A stretch of 64,000 nucleotides of DNA, from NCBI GenBank assembly GCA_000934665.2, contig KZ538542.1, forward strand, positions 1-64,000, given 5' to 3'. Under the pieces are notes generated by a model, which was not told the DNA's origin, did no database searches, and saw only the letters and a list, made by a program, of their open reading frames with translations. The DNA is from Catajapyx aquilonaris. Its lineage: Eukaryota. The position numbers and the translations under genes are program-made. This document shows positions 12,355 to 26,140 of the stretch, piece after piece. The number at the start of each line of letters is the position of its first letter. Positions within the stretch are counted from its first letter, which is position 1.

Positions 12355-13799
12355 TAGAATACTGTATTTCTATCTGCTATCTGTTTCTATATTTCCCTAT
12401 TTCCCTCCTCCCCCCCCCTCTGAGTGCATTCTCTGCAATTTTGCTTTTATTACTAGAAGCTTACCTGATGTTATCCTCTCGCTAGGCAAATGGGAAGTGG
12501 GCGCTTAATGACTTTATTGCCTTTTATTTCCATCTTTGCATGTGCAACTGGGCAACGTTAATCATCAGCATAAAGGGCCTCGGGAACGGGGAGGGTGGGG
12601 AGAGAATTAGGAATTATTCGTGTAATCATTTCATAAAACTTTATAAAACGGATGATATCACAAGTATATGATTAGGAATATTTCAGGGAGTACTTCGAGT
12701 GCATTCATTTCGTGCAATGCCTCTCAAATCGTGCCAATTTGGTTTTTAGTGCAGGTCAATAACACTTTATGCCAAGCCCTCCGTAGGTGTAGTGCTGGAT
12801 TCATGATAGGTGTGGCCTATTGCATAACTACAGGTATTGCTGCAACAAAAAGAGCCCACATGCCAATAACGCACTTTTGACGCAGTAATGCCACCAAAGT
12901 TATCGCCTACATTTGTAAAAACCTATTCGCTTTCATATAAGGACAGTTGCATAACATAAGTATAACAAGGTGTCGAGATATCAGATGCTTTTACACCAGA
13001 GAGCCACACGAGTTCGAGACGTGGTTGAGATGACATGCACGCTCTCGACTCGGCTATAATGAATAATAAGCCAGAGTCGTGCCTATAGTCATCGTGACCG
13101 TGTCTCGACAGCGTCTGGCGCTCTAATGTAGCTGTATATATTGTTCAAATACTGACCATATTTTTCAGTTACCCTGCAGCTATTACAGGCAGTATTTTTA
13201 TGACGAGCCATTGCATTCATTGACCGCATAGTTCAGAAACACAGTCATATTTATATGTATATGAGGCACAGGTCCGTAGTTGGTAACACCGCTGGGCATA
13301 CTCCCATTCTCCACTTCCAGCTTTAAATAATTAAACGCATTGAATCCAACTTCCATGGCGGGGATTCCCTGCAGCTTTGCACCTTTCTAACTGTGCGGCT
13401 GCAGGCCTATCCTTTGCAACATACTACTAACCATTTAATGAACAGGTTGGGTCGGAAAACCCTCTCCGGAATGGAAACTCAGACAGTAATATTTGCGCTG
13501 AAACAATAATGCTTTTGCAAGGTTCTCGTGACTTATTATGTATTACCTGCGAGAGAATAAGCCTATCTGAATGGAGCCATTTTTTTCTAATGTCATTTCA
13601 GCAGTAAGCAAACAGTAAAGGCTTATGAAATCTCCGTTACGACATATCGCAGAGTGCCATAATTACCTATAAAAAAACTCTGACACTATATAGAGTAAGT
13701 TGGGGTAAGTGCGACCGGATTTTGATTAGGTGCAGTTTAAAGGCATGCTACTTCCTCAGTAATATATTAGCAAGTGATAAAAAGTAACGGACAATAATA

Positions 13800-14384
13800 C
13801 AGGGTGTTCCAAGTATCCGGGTCACTTTTGGATAACTGTTATCGCCCGACAACTGTAATTTTTTGTAGCTTGTTGTGCCCCGATTCAGTTGCCCCATTCC
13901 AGCCCCCGGACACTGATACTACGCTCTGGCGTTATCACCTGCCGAGGAATTTTGCAGCGGGTGCTCACCTGAGAGCGCCATGAGACATTTCGGAGGCCAG
14001 GATAAGTGGCGACCCTACCGGACTAGGCTGAATTTTATAGGTACGAAAGGGGAGGACTACATGCTGGCCCAACATGGCCGCCGGAGGCCATGTTGGGCCC
14101 CCCAATGTAGCCCTCCCCTTTCGTACCTATAAAGTTCAGCCTAGTCCGGTAGGGTCGCCACTTATCCTGGCCTCCGAAATGTCTCATGGCGCTCTCAGGT
14201 GAGCAACTTCTGCAAAACACGTCGGCAGGGGGTGGGTGGGAGTGACCAGACCTTACTTATATGACCGTGCCCCATTCTATAACTTCTGCTACATTCGACC
14301 CACTGGGGGGTCGAATATAGCAGGTGTTATAGAATGGGGCGATAATAGTTATCCAAAAGTGACCAGGATACTTGGAACACCCTG
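13800..14384. mobile_element. Tc1/mariner-type MITE (TA-CAGGGTG termini)
   Basis: ~48-bp TIR cagggtgttccaagtatcc.ggtcacttttggataact.ttatcgccc with TA TSD. A related end occurs at 63936. Confidence 0.85.
13900..14269 (+). mobile_element. Palindrome-core element, full copy ('flip' centre)
   Basis: 8-bp TSD ccccattc (13892-13899, 14270-14277), CA...TG ends, and an internal hairpin at 13938-14229 with a 69-bp perfectly paired stretch. Confidence 0.85.
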
Positions 14385-15243
14385 TATACCTTACCTTATT
14401 GGCTTTCAAAGTGGCCTATTGCGTAACATTCATCTATGTGGGTGCTCCGAAAAGTAAATTAAATATGCACGTGGTGCACAGTGCCGCACTAGCCCCGCGA
14501 TATGGGGTAAGTGCGATAGTGGAATTCTCTCACAGTAATAAACATTGTTCGGGTTGCATATGACTAGTGCCAAAAAGAGACAAACATCCTCTGTCAGTCT
14601 CTATATTCCGAATTTAAAAAGTCAAAGAAGTTCTTACAGGGCAAACTTTTACTCACTGCTCCGTAGCAGGTTGGCTAACAGTACTGACATTTATCTGAGT
14701 AAAATGCATTATGTCGAAGTGTTTTCACACCAATGTTCGAAAATTATTAGCCTGTCGCCAGTCGCGGAATATCCATTGGTGACCACATAAAGATGACTTG
14801 TCGCGTCTTTTGGCGACGCTAGCTTTATTCCTCCAATATTGCATTTATACGTATTAATTGTAATTGGGTACGGACTTGCCCCTGATCATGCCTAGTCAGG
14901 GGCAAGTGCGGCCCCCTTTTTAAAAATCATCCTAATTATTCCACCAAAACGGAACAATAACATCGTGATATTTCTACTTAACCTCTTACATACAGTGCCG
15001 GAACGGTTATGCAGCAGATGATTCAAGACTCCGTCAGAAATTCTGCAAAATATACTTACATACTCGCCGGAAAAGATAAAACGCCCCCTTGAGCTTGGCG
15101 GCCATTTTTGTCTACTATGTTACTAAAGGAAGATTATCGTGCTACTTTTAGCAGTGTTGGCAAAGGTCGTCGTGAACGTTTACGGGATTTTCGATAGCTA
15201 TACTGCCACCTTGTGCTATAATACTGTATATTAGAAGCAATTC

Positions 15244-15533
15244 ACCGAAGCAGTAGTGGTGTAGTGGTATGGTGTCCGACTGCTAATCGGGAGGTCCTGG
15301 GTTCGAATCCCGGAGGCCGGCGACCCTGATCATGGTTTTCTGTGGTTTCCCATGGTCATCGCAGGATAATTCCGGGGTCGTTACCGTAATTATAGGCCAC
15401 ATCCGCTTCCTTCCTTACCTATCCTTGCCTCAATTCCGATGAAAAAGTATAGTAAAGATGGAAAGAGTTCCAGACAAAAAAATTGGGAGAAATCCCCCCC
15501 TAATAAAGCCTAAAGGGCTGATAATGGGGTATC

Positions 15534-15584
<51 letters not shown>
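15244..15584 (+). mobile_element. tRNA-derived SINE (family A) with (ATT)n tail
   Basis: Head and core as at 2415, 3' stem-loop at 15494-15531, TSD tattagaagcaattc (15229-15243, 15585-15599). Confidence 0.9.
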
Positions 15585-15589
<5 letters not shown>

Positions 15590-16214
15590 GAAGCAATTCC
15601 GCACTTGCCCCATTGTCGCACCTACCACAACTTACCCTACATTACGTATATTGTATGATACAGAAATACTTGCAGATTAATCTTTCTAGGTTATGAAAAA
15701 GTCAAGCTGTCAGGCTGTTTTAGCCAAGATACTGTATGCTTCAGTAGGATTCTAGCTTCTGTCTGGAATGTCTTATAGTCACAGCATCGCCACCTGTAAG
15801 CAGAGTTGTCTTACCAGACAACGTGATAATATGTAAGGCGCCGATTAGAATGCAGAAAGTGACACTATTGATCGGGCGATAATGAGGATTCAAATAAACA
15901 TTGCCATACCTACAGCCCTTATTCATGGCTGACGTCATCTCGATGCAATTAAAATGGCGCCTAGTTTTTGCGAGCCAAAAAATCATTTTCTACCTTGTCT
16001 CACATCGAACTTTCTTTCTGAGTAGAAATTTTGCATAGGGCAGAGCTGATTTTTGCGGGAGTTTTCAAAATGTCGTATTCAACCATTAAAATGTATCACT
16101 GATACATTTTAATGTTCCAGAATGTAATCAAGATCTCTGCTAAGATTGGCTGAATTTCCTTTTAGTTCATACAACAAGAATGTGGCAGAATCGTTTATAA
16201 TATAGATCTATGTC

Positions 16215-16363
16215 CAAGGGGGTAACCACTCGACTGAAAAGTGTACACTGGAGTACCAAAATTCAAGGAGTACCAAGGAGTACCAAAGAGTAAAGTACCT
16301 AAGGAGTACCTGGGAGTACCACTAGCAGGTGTACACCGGAGTACCGAAGTGATTACCCCCTTG
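16215..16363. mobile_element. 149-bp MITE with 8-bp TSD (hAT- or P-like)
   Basis: TIR caagggggtaa.cact, internal gagtacc repeats, TSD tctatgtc (16207-16214, 16364-16371). Second copy at 37763. Confidence 0.9.
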
Positions 16364-16483
16364 TCTATGTCGCAGGTAGAGTGAGTCCTAAGTCAAAGGA
16401 AAGATTATGTTAAAATGTATCATTTGCTTAACACAGTGCTGAGTTAAGTAAGCAAATGACGGAATCTTTATACCTTTTAATGT

Positions 16484-16993
16484 CAGTAAAACTTCCCTAA
16501 CTCGAATTTCTATAACTCGAAGTTCTCCATAACTCGAAGTGCAGGCAGGGCCTTACGATGGGATATCAATGCATTTTCAGTCTCCCGAAGTCCAAGTTCA
16601 TGTTGGCGAGTACGGAAAATTTTCCCATTTCCCAGCCGAAGGGTCGAGAGTAGGCCACATGTACAGAAAGGCTCAATTTCCTGATCTCCGTCTACCAGAC
16701 GTACCGAAAGAAGTGTTTGACTCGATTGTGACAATTGAATCTTTGAATCTAAGAGTAGGCAAATGTCCATAACGGAATTTATTTATACAACAAAACTACG
16801 AGGAACATTGTACGTGTGATAGTGACAGTATTTTCCAGTTTTGAACACCTTTCGTCGCTGGATATAAAGGTAGGCTTCCTTATAGAGTGATGTGTTTTAA
16901 AAAATCCAAACCTCTCTAATTCGAATCTTCTATAACTCGAAGTTTTTTCCCGGTCCCATGGGATTCGCCTTATATAGTCTACCCGTTTTACTG
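16484..16993. mobile_element. Degenerate Tigger/pogo-like MITE
   Basis: cagtaaaac...gttttactg termini with repeated tataactcgaa subterminal motifs. Confidence 0.55.
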
Positions 16994-19900
16994 TACCTCT
17001 TGAAGACTGCTCAGTACAATGGAATCCTCCCATACTGTAAGCACATCGGAAATAAGCAAGCTTGCGCTTGGTGTTGCTGGACCCTTCATCAGTATTTCCA
17101 GCAACGCCAAGCGCAAGTATTACATTATTTTACTTATTTCTCATGGCCTCGCCCCCCCCCCCCCCATGAAATCCTCTCATGCCCCCCAGGTTGGGAACCA
17201 CTGCTCTAGATAATGATATTGGTGAAGTAGACTTTCTAAAATGCACCCAAGGTATTCCATCTCTGATACTGTAATATTCTAAGTTTAAAAAAATAGCAAA
17301 ATCGCAACATTCCAGTTTAGATTTGTCAGTTTCACTTTCTCGTATAATATTATAAGGAACCATGACACTAACTGTAAGACCGATCCTACAACAGATCTTT
17401 TATGTAAGTAGCTTTTCAAAATGATTCCAGATGTTGGGAAGAAATTATTGAATAGGAACGATGTTGAAAAGAGAGATGAATGTAACTATTGAAAACGAAT
17501 GTACTAATTATGTTCATAACGGAGTAGAGTCATCGTTTAGTACTCGACAGTTCTAGAAACAGGTCAATGATTGTGTAAATATGTCTTGTACTCCCGCCAG
17601 CGAAAATAAGCTAATTGGATAACGTTGTAACCTACCATAACACCTCTGAAAACGATGGCTCAGCAGCCTTCATACTGTAGAAGCAGTTATCAGGTATCCT
17701 CCCTAAACAGAGCCTTGACTTTGGAAGTGATCCCACTAGTATTACCTAGAACCTAATAACAAGTTGTAGTCGGCTACTAATGACATGTAGGCTACGTGCC
17801 TAAGAAAGGATCCCGAAACGAGGGGGCAATATTGATGGCGTATGAAAAAAGAATGGGGGAGGAAAGAGGTGCTAATTAATTAATTATTATCAGTGAGGGT
17901 TATTGAGGTTCAGACCCATGTCAATTAGGACGGCAGTGAGGATAATAACTTGGCATATCATATTATTCCCTCTGAAGGGGGATATGGAAATAGAATTTTC
18001 GCTGCGATCCATTCTTCGCCATTCGCTAAGCTTTAGTGCTTGTAACCCTCTTTATGGTGCTCTAAAATAAGATCGACCCAAAGCGAGGTAATTCTCAGTA
18101 TCAACACTCGTGATTTCCCAGAAGAGTGAAATGGCACAGCTGTTCTTACTAGCAGGGTAGGCCTATGCATTTCTCACGAAGGGTTAGGTGACATTGTAAC
18201 TTGATTGTGGTCAAGTTACGTGGCCATTGTTACTGGTGTTGGCGTGCAAAAATCCTTCCTCATTTCTGATATTAGCTCATTCACTAAGGGCTCGTTGTAG
18301 GAAGGCATTTTGCATATCGTGGGAAAACAAGAGAAATTCACAAAAAAAACAGTTGCGAGATAATATAAGGATATGACCTTACACGTGCTATGATGACACA
18401 ATCAGATGAAATCAGAGATTATCTCCTTAATTTGCGTTCATGCAACAGGCCCTAAGGTCCTATTTTTATTATGGTCATACTTTGATCTTACATCTTTGAT
18501 AGCACGAATAATCTATTCGCACCAAGTTTCTGTCAGTGTAGCCCTCCAAAGAGATAACTCTACTGTTCCTCGATGAATTTTTGAATTACGAGTAATTACC
18601 TTGCATAATTGAGAAAAACCTGCATCAGGAATATTCTCCTAAAAATCACCGATAATTTTAACAATCCTGAAACCATTTATTGCGTGTATAAGTTCGTTGA
18701 ACCAGTGCCCTGTAATCATGAGCCTTCCTAATAGTTTAATTTGTAAAGAAAACTGGATGATGTCGCAACGCTGCAGGAGGCACAGAGGGTGACACTGGCG
18801 GTTTTTACCCCCTGAGCAGAAAACACTTTAGGACCATGAAATAGCTTTTTGCAGTTATGTTTTTAATGATAACAAGTTAGTTGTACTCGCTAAAGGCTAC
18901 TACGAGCACCGAAGCCACACCGAAACTTTACAAAGTTATTTATTGCCTCATAAAGTTCGTTGTTAGATGGGAAACTGACGACACCGTTTATTACATCTAG
19001 CCCTAAAAATACGGTTAAGTTCCTCCCCTACCTACGGCATAATCACGTCTCTATTCCGATGTGCCACAGGGAGATTAGAAATTTTACAGACGATGGGGGG
19101 ATGGGGAAGAGAGGGATAGATTAGGAGGTGGGGAGAGGATGCAGAATGAGCTCAATCTTTTTGCACCATGAATCACAATAAAGGAGTGGAAGGTGCTGTC
19201 AAATACCAAACAAATGATTCTGAGAAAAGTCTGGCAAAAAATCTGGCGAGCCGGAATATCTATTTGAAGCTCAGTAGACGCTCTAAAATTACCCTTTGAT
19301 TGCACACTTAAAGGAAGGAGTATTTTCTTTTAAAAAATGGAATTAGCCTGCCACCATAAAAAATTAAACCCCTTCGTGATGTCTGCAAAGTTGCGCACGA
19401 TCCTCCCAGAATGTGATGAAAAATGACTCTCCGCCACCCGCCTACCTCCCCCCGGACCTTCCAAACCCATCCACACTTACCATGGCAGAAATGAATTTAA
19501 AATTATCTGCAAAGAAATGGGACTATAAAAGGATAATTGTTCCTGAATTTAAAGGGCCACTAAATAAAATATGAAAGTTCAATATTTCAACTTTTCATTT
19601 TTGCAGTTTAAAAAGACACGAGCATTGAAGTCGCTCGAAGCTGGCTGCGAGGTTTTGTGTTGAATAGAATAGGAGGTAGGAATTTTTCACAATTTATTTG
19701 CAGGCTCGACTCAGGTGAAATGGTGATGACGTCATCGGCGAGAGACCTTCAGCAAAGTTCTTGTTGCCGTAGCGTTACCTGCATGGTTATTATTATTATT
19801 TCCCTTGAACCGTCGTGAGAACTCGAGTCCATTTAAATCATGGCCTATAAAAGGTGTATTGCAACTTGGCCAAAACATGGCTAAAATGTAACACCAAACA

Positions 19901-21683
19901 GTAACGACCTGTGATGAGATTTTGGGTAGCTCTGAGAGAGGAGCGGCCACCCACCGTAGCTTTTTAATGGAGAGTTCGGCAAGCATCCACTACACTAATC
20001 AGCACTACATCCAATAGAAAGACTCAAATGGTACAATGTTGCGGGCTTGCTATATGGTTCTATTGATTCCCCTTGCAGTACTTCCCTAAATACAGTATTC
20101 CACTGGGTAATCGGGCAATTCTTTTATAATCGCTCTGCATTTGGGCTGAGATTGCAAACGCTCTTTAATAGACTACAGACTGCCGGCCATCACATAATCT
20201 TTCCACAGCGCATCCATTTTCCCGCCAACCCTGAGCTCCATTTCAATGATTCGACACAAACAACTTGGCAAAATCCGGATAACTTTGTTTCTCTCTTTAC
20301 ACTTAACAGAAAAGGGAATCATCGACCGAAGTATCCGCAAGTCTCGACACAATTTTCTGCTCTAGGAAACCACGAAGGAAGAATTCCAAATTGAACTCCT
20401 TTTATCCCGGCTGCAGTTAGGCTCTTACTAGGTTATTTGCTGTGTTTTTAAATCCCCACAACTGGGGGCTTGTTGAAACTTTTGACTCCCTGCACACTCT
20501 ATATGTTATATGTTCAAATGAATTCATGCGTAGGAGATGATAATACTATGATGGTAAAGGGGTGAGGAAAGGGGTGGGGGTCCAGAACAAAAAGTGTTAA
20601 GGCCGTGAAATGAAGTACCACGGTCATAAAGCTGTGGTGGAGGTGATAAGCAACACGCAAAACCCCGGGACCCCGCTGAAAAATTTGCCAAGAAAACAGC
20701 TATGCCATCGTGTGGAGTAGGAGAACAATTTTTAAACCCTCGCATATATAAGCCAGGTTTATGTAGTTGGGTGGAGGTGGGTAAATGGTGTTTGGGAGGG
20801 TTTGGGGGGCATGCGAAGCGGGGGCAGAGGCATGTGGTGACCAAGCCATGCGTGCTGGGGGCTCCTTTTTCCGTGATGTCGACTGCGTTTCTTCACGTGC
20901 CTCGCATTCATTCTTTATCGCAATTTCTCATGATGCAGTCAACAAACCCGGCAACGGCGCCCCTCTGATCGATATTTCACCACAGGCCATTTAATTCCAT
21001 TACGTAAGTTGCAAAGGAAACATTGGGATTGTTTTCTGCTCCTTCTTTGGATTTTGCGTCTTCTTTTTTCTTTCCTCAGATTTTAGGAGGAACATAATCT
21101 GCGCCAATTCATCTTCAATCATTTTTGACCGGAATTCTAAGATCAGTAAGTGGACAAATTAGGACGTCGTATTTCATGCTGTATAACTGGCTTGTGGCCA
21201 TGTTTTGCAACACTCTCTACTTGTTTCGACAGTTGCGTTCTCTTTTTGACATACGCGTGGATATTTGGAAAATATGGTAATAGCGTCACACCACAAGTGT
21301 AGGACACCATTATTGGAGTCTAAAGGTCTTTTGACATTTTGTAAAAATGATGGCCGAGGAGCTGCAGCCGTGCGATGTTCTAATAGAGATTTTGGTAAGC
21401 GGTGGCACTTCTCAGTTCTTAGCTATAATATTGTGGACAAATTACCGCTTACCAAAATTGCCCTTTAAAGGCTTTTTTTGCCTAAACTTCGCCTCAGTAG
21501 TAGTTTTTGCGGAAAATGTCCTTTCGCTTATAATGGGAGACCTCTGTGGTGTCTCACTTTTATTTTATTTTCCACATGTCCTGAACGGCAAGTCTCAATT
21601 TTCAGGGGAAAAATAACAATAAAATACATTTTTTTGGTGAATGAATGTCACAAAATTATTAAGATAAGAAATAGGCAATACTT

Positions 21684-21722
21684 CCCCCTAAGAGGGCTCC
21701 GCCCTATAATGGGGTAAGTAAA

Positions 21723-21748
<26 letters not shown>
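21684..21748 (+). mobile_element. Minimal retroposed fragment: 3' stem-loop plus (AAAT)n tail
   Basis: ccccctaagagggctccgccctataatggggtaag plus tail, between the perfect 15-bp TSD aaataggcaatactt (21669-21683, 21749-21763). Confidence 0.85.
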
Positions 21749-21753
<5 letters not shown>

Positions 21754-24090
21754 GGCAATACTTTATTAGGAAAAGAATAAGAGTATATAAATTTAGGCAA
21801 AATATATCATCTTGGGCTGCAAAAGTACAGTAAACGAGATTTTTTTTACAAGTAAGGACAGCATGGTCCTTATTTTCCTATTATGGAGTTAGACGTATAC
21901 TGCACTACCGTGTCACAGAGTTACATTAATAATAAATTAACCGTTAATAAATAGAGAAAATATTATACCTAATAGGTCAATCTAATATCCTAATGTCATA
22001 TTATTGCGAGTTGGAAGCATTTTGAAGCTTGGCTCATTCCACTTGGAAGACGTTGTTGCGTCCGAGAGACCTTGGGCTTTGTTCGGACAACATGCTGTGG
22101 CGGACAGTGAGTTTACCGTAGTCCTGAATAATAATACGAGCACAATATGGGAATTATATTGCTTTCATGGCAAGTTTGAACAACTTCTAATCTTCTCCGC
22201 GTTAATTAATAATATGAAGGGCACGTGCTCACGGGCGTTGGTCACGAATGTTTCACGATGGACCGATGACTACTTGCGTCGTTGAAGGCTTGTGTGTGCA
22301 TGAAAATCGAAACCAGCGGCACGCGGGTTACTGGACTAAAGTGACACGGTAGCAATTTTGACCCATTTTGACAAAATTTACATTCATCAATAAGTTGGCA
22401 GGTGTCATACGCAGTATATGACAACGCTGCATAATTAATCTCCGGGCTATTATGACCACCAATGAAACCTGGTGTACCCGCAATTTTTGTTTCACAGTCT
22501 GGCTAAAGTGTAGTTGGAAATACGCACAATTAGAGCATATCAATTATTGACCCCCGTCGGCTTCTCTCGTTCAAACTGAAGTGCAAACTTTTTACCAGCA
22601 CTTGGGGTCCCTCCACCAATATGATTACAGTGGAAAAAAAGTGAAGTGGCACGTCAACACCCAACTTTTCAACCGGAACGATTTATAAGCCCCGGAGAAA
22701 ACATCCGGGGGCGACAACTGGTGACATCCGCAGAGAAACTGTCTCATTGACGATAGTTCGACTCCGGTTGACAGCTGAAAGCGTTCTTTCGTACGTGGAA
22801 CATTTAATGGCGTTGGGGACCCCTGGCACTGATAGATACAGAGTGGGGATGGTGGGTGGAGGGGTTCACCAATGTCCGGGAAGGCTTCTGGGAGATTAAT
22901 CTTTGGGGCGGACAACCCGGAGCGAAAGGTCGTTCTATCTGCATGAGTGCGCCAAACTTTTATGCCCGCCTCCCCTTGTCCATCACCCATAAGAGACTCA
23001 CAAGTACTAATTAGAAGCAATTTCTGTCTTGCCAACATTGCACTCCACCATATTTTCCTATGTAATGCCTACAATTCTGCAGCACGAGTATATGGCCAAC
23101 ATTTAACATGCATGTAGGGAGGGAATAATAGGTAGGTGGTTATAGTATTTGGCTCTATGTACAGTTGTTGACAGGCTAAAGGTAATGAAGTTATTTACAT
23201 TTAAGCTGCATCACGCTTGCACTCAAAGCTGCTTGTCAAGGACAAAAGTCGCATTATTTGTCTCTGAGCCATCATGCGACTACATGTTGTTTTTTTGGTT
23301 AAGATTTTGAAACACATTTTATTGCTTAACAAAACTTGGGGTTTGAAACGAGGTAATATAGCGTATTCTCTGTGAATATCTGACATATTTCGCATGTAGA
23401 GTGGAGTGGATGCATAGTGGAGACTGGATATGGATGCGAAATGTTCATCAATCTGGATCTGATGACACTCCAACTAGTAAGGTGAATCCAATTTGTGNNN
23501 NCCCCCCCCCCCCCGTTTTTCTCGCCCAATTTATGACAGCCTATGGAAGAAGTCAAATAACACGAATTCAAAACATGTTGCATATAGTAATTAGCAACTT
23601 TGGAAGCACTTCCTGTCTTTATTTAACAACCTGTAGTGAGGTGAAGGTCAGTGGTGAGTTGGTTTTCCAAGAAATAAATTAGATGTCAAGTGCTTCACAG
23701 CCACAGTGTAATATGGGGTGAAAAGTGCCAATTCCGTTACAGGTTTAAATTAAAATGGGGAAACAGTTTCAAGGTTACAATTAGTGATTGAAGTTGTCCT
23801 TTTCCTCTTGTGAATGTTTGTTCTAACCGTTGTACCGATGCATTTAAAGAGTTGTTAGTGTGGGTGTCAGAAATTGGGGGCTGAAATCTGTCATTTGGCA
23901 ATTAATGACGCCCTTAGAAAGAGTGTTTATTTGCATTCGAATTGTTACATTATTTTACAATCGTATTGTAATAGTTTTATGATTATGAAAGGGATCTAAA
24001 AGTAACATTCGATGAATATAGTCTTTTAAGTCGTTTACGATGATAGGATCCAATGTATTAATGACACCCTCTGTCATGAATAAGATGTTA

Positions 24091-24240
24091 AGGCCATTTC
24101 ACAAAAAAAATGTCGCGCGGCGAACGGCGCGACTTGCGGCAAATTTTTATTTATATTTATTGTTGCCAATTGTTGGCAACAATAAAATTTGCCGCAAGTC
24201 GCGCCGTTTGCCGCGCGACATTTTTTTTGCGAAATGGCCT
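24091..24240. mobile_element. PIF/Harbinger (Tourist-like) foldback MITE
   Basis: Near-perfect 150-bp hairpin aggccatttc...gaaatggcct with TTA TSD (24088-24090, 24241-24243). Confidence 0.85.
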
Positions 24241-24539
24241 TTAGGCTGTCAGCATTTGGTAGTTCATGCGTTTTCGAGACATATTGCAGTTTTTGGAATT
24301 TTATTTCTAACCGAACTTTTTGCCGATGCACGCATAATCCGCAACACGTGCATACTCTTCAGAAAGAGGCATAAAATCATCGGTGATAGAGTGCGCCAGA
24401 GTCGGACAAAATCCAGAACCGCCATCATACCGGAAAAACTGGTTTTAACAAAATAAAAATAAAAATTAAAACATTCAGAAAGAAAAATGGGTGTCATAAA
24501 ATGGACAAAAACAGGTGTCACAAATTGGGTTGAAGGTGT

Positions 24540-24776
24540 TGTCACCCGTAGGGACATAGGAATGAACTAACGGACCCGGCGAGTAAGATACGAAGGGGTT
24601 TTATTCAGCAGTGGACAAGTGTAACAAGTACAGTCCTGAGCCCAACTGCCCGGAGGCAGAGGCGTCAACTTCCTTATATACCCCATGGTCGGTGCCGGTT
24701 CCCATCAGGCAATGGGGCACCGACCATGGGGCGTACAGATTAAACCAAAAAAGAAGTCATATGCCCCTCGTTCACA
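24540..24776 (-). mobile_element. Solo LTR (237 bp), Ty3/gypsy-like
   Basis: TGT...ACA termini and 4-bp TSD gtgt (24536-24539, 24777-24780). On the minus strand TATATAAG (~24680-24673) precedes AATAAA (~24605-24600). Inserted between two ~45-bp direct repeats. Confidence 0.75.
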
Positions 24777-25852
24777 GTGTCATAAAATTGGCAAAAACAG
24801 GTGTCACAAATTGGGTTGAGGGTGTCACAAAAGGGTCGTGATGCAGCATGATAGCAAAATTCACTTTGTACGGTAATCAGTACACACTAAGGAAAGTAAA
24901 ACACCCAGTTCTGTTCTCAATTATTAGCTGTGGGGACGTGAAAATTCCACTTTTCGAAGCTAGTGTAAACTGTCCCCACAGCTATAGTAAAATAAAAAAA
25001 ACACAAACTTCCGTCCCCTGAGCTAATTGAAGACCTGTACACAGATTCAGGTAGAGCACGAAATGGACTATCCAGACATGTCTGTAACAGTTTTTTTTCT
25101 TTTGGGTGTTACGTGCAGAACTCAAAATGCGTATTTTTTTCCATAAGATGGTATATAAATTGGTATAGGTTTACCTTATACATTATCGAAGTCTAGGTAG
25201 CTTTTGGAGAGCTGTTAAGAGCTTTCTGGCATGTTCCACAGGTGGCGGAAAGATCCCACGATAAGACCAGAATAAACTGAAAAAAGATACTCCCCGGTCA
25301 TGAAGTGTATGAGTCGCGTTAATTATCCAAAGTGCTCCTCAGTCTTTATGATGGCCTCATTACTCATTAGATACCTACGTGATATGAAAGCTGTTCACAA
25401 TCCTTTTCCACCAATATGCATTTAGGTGCCGTATAATAAGGGGTGAGTGAGGGTGTGTGCGATTTGACTAATTTTTGGTGTTCTTTTTGAAGTAAGAGGA
25501 GAGACAGTACAGTGCCCACACACACATGCAAGGCACACCAAACCCAATATGGCACACCCACACCTCAACTCAAAGCAGAGATACACATGCCCAAAGTGAT
25601 GAAGCACATTTTCCCCAGAGCTGACACTACATGGTGGTCGTACAGTAGTTATTATCCGAGCAGGGTTCTGCGCGCAGCAAACAAGCTCCACACCGTTGCG
25701 TTGCTAATTGCGCCACCTGCCCTCACCGCCCCTGTCCCCACCTCTGCGACACATGATTCCCTTTTGCTCCCCTCCCCCGCCTCAAGTAGGGAATTGACTT
25801 GCTCAACACCAGACTGGAGTCACGAATTATTTCGACCCATAAGGACAGCGTA

Positions 25853-26140
25853 AAGGGTGATTCAGAACTTCAGGACAATCTCTCGCCAGGGTACTGGGTG
25901 GCCCAATACAGGTATAACATGTAGAGGAGAAAACTGTCGCACATCCAATCGTTAACGACGTTAATGCACATTTGGGTGCCCCTTAGAACAAACTCTTCGC
26001 ATCTTACCCTGAAAGGTATATGCACAGGTTAGTCCTTAAGCACGAGTTTCGGGCATCGTCCTCTACGTTGTTAATGCTGGCGTTTTTCACATATCGGACT
26101 CCTATACTGTACATTTTAGACACGTATCTGAATCACCCTG
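25853..26140. mobile_element. Tc1/mariner-type MITE
   Basis: agggtgattcaga ... tctgaatcaccctg, TA-flanked. Confidence 0.6.

Larger units (their letters stand above)
13693..15637. mobile_element. pogo-like non-autonomous DNA transposon hosting nested insertions
   Basis: TA-flanked imperfect TIR gagtaagttggggtaagtgcgac / gtcgcacctaccacaacttaccc, with internal ggggYaagtgcg repeats. 15030-15220 matches 53560-53750 in inverse orientation. Confidence 0.65.

Noticed and set aside
16251..16345. CRISPR-like short repeats (gagtacc)
   Set aside because: The repeats are 7 bp with irregular tiny spacers, inside a TIR/TSD-bounded MITE in eukaryotic DNA.
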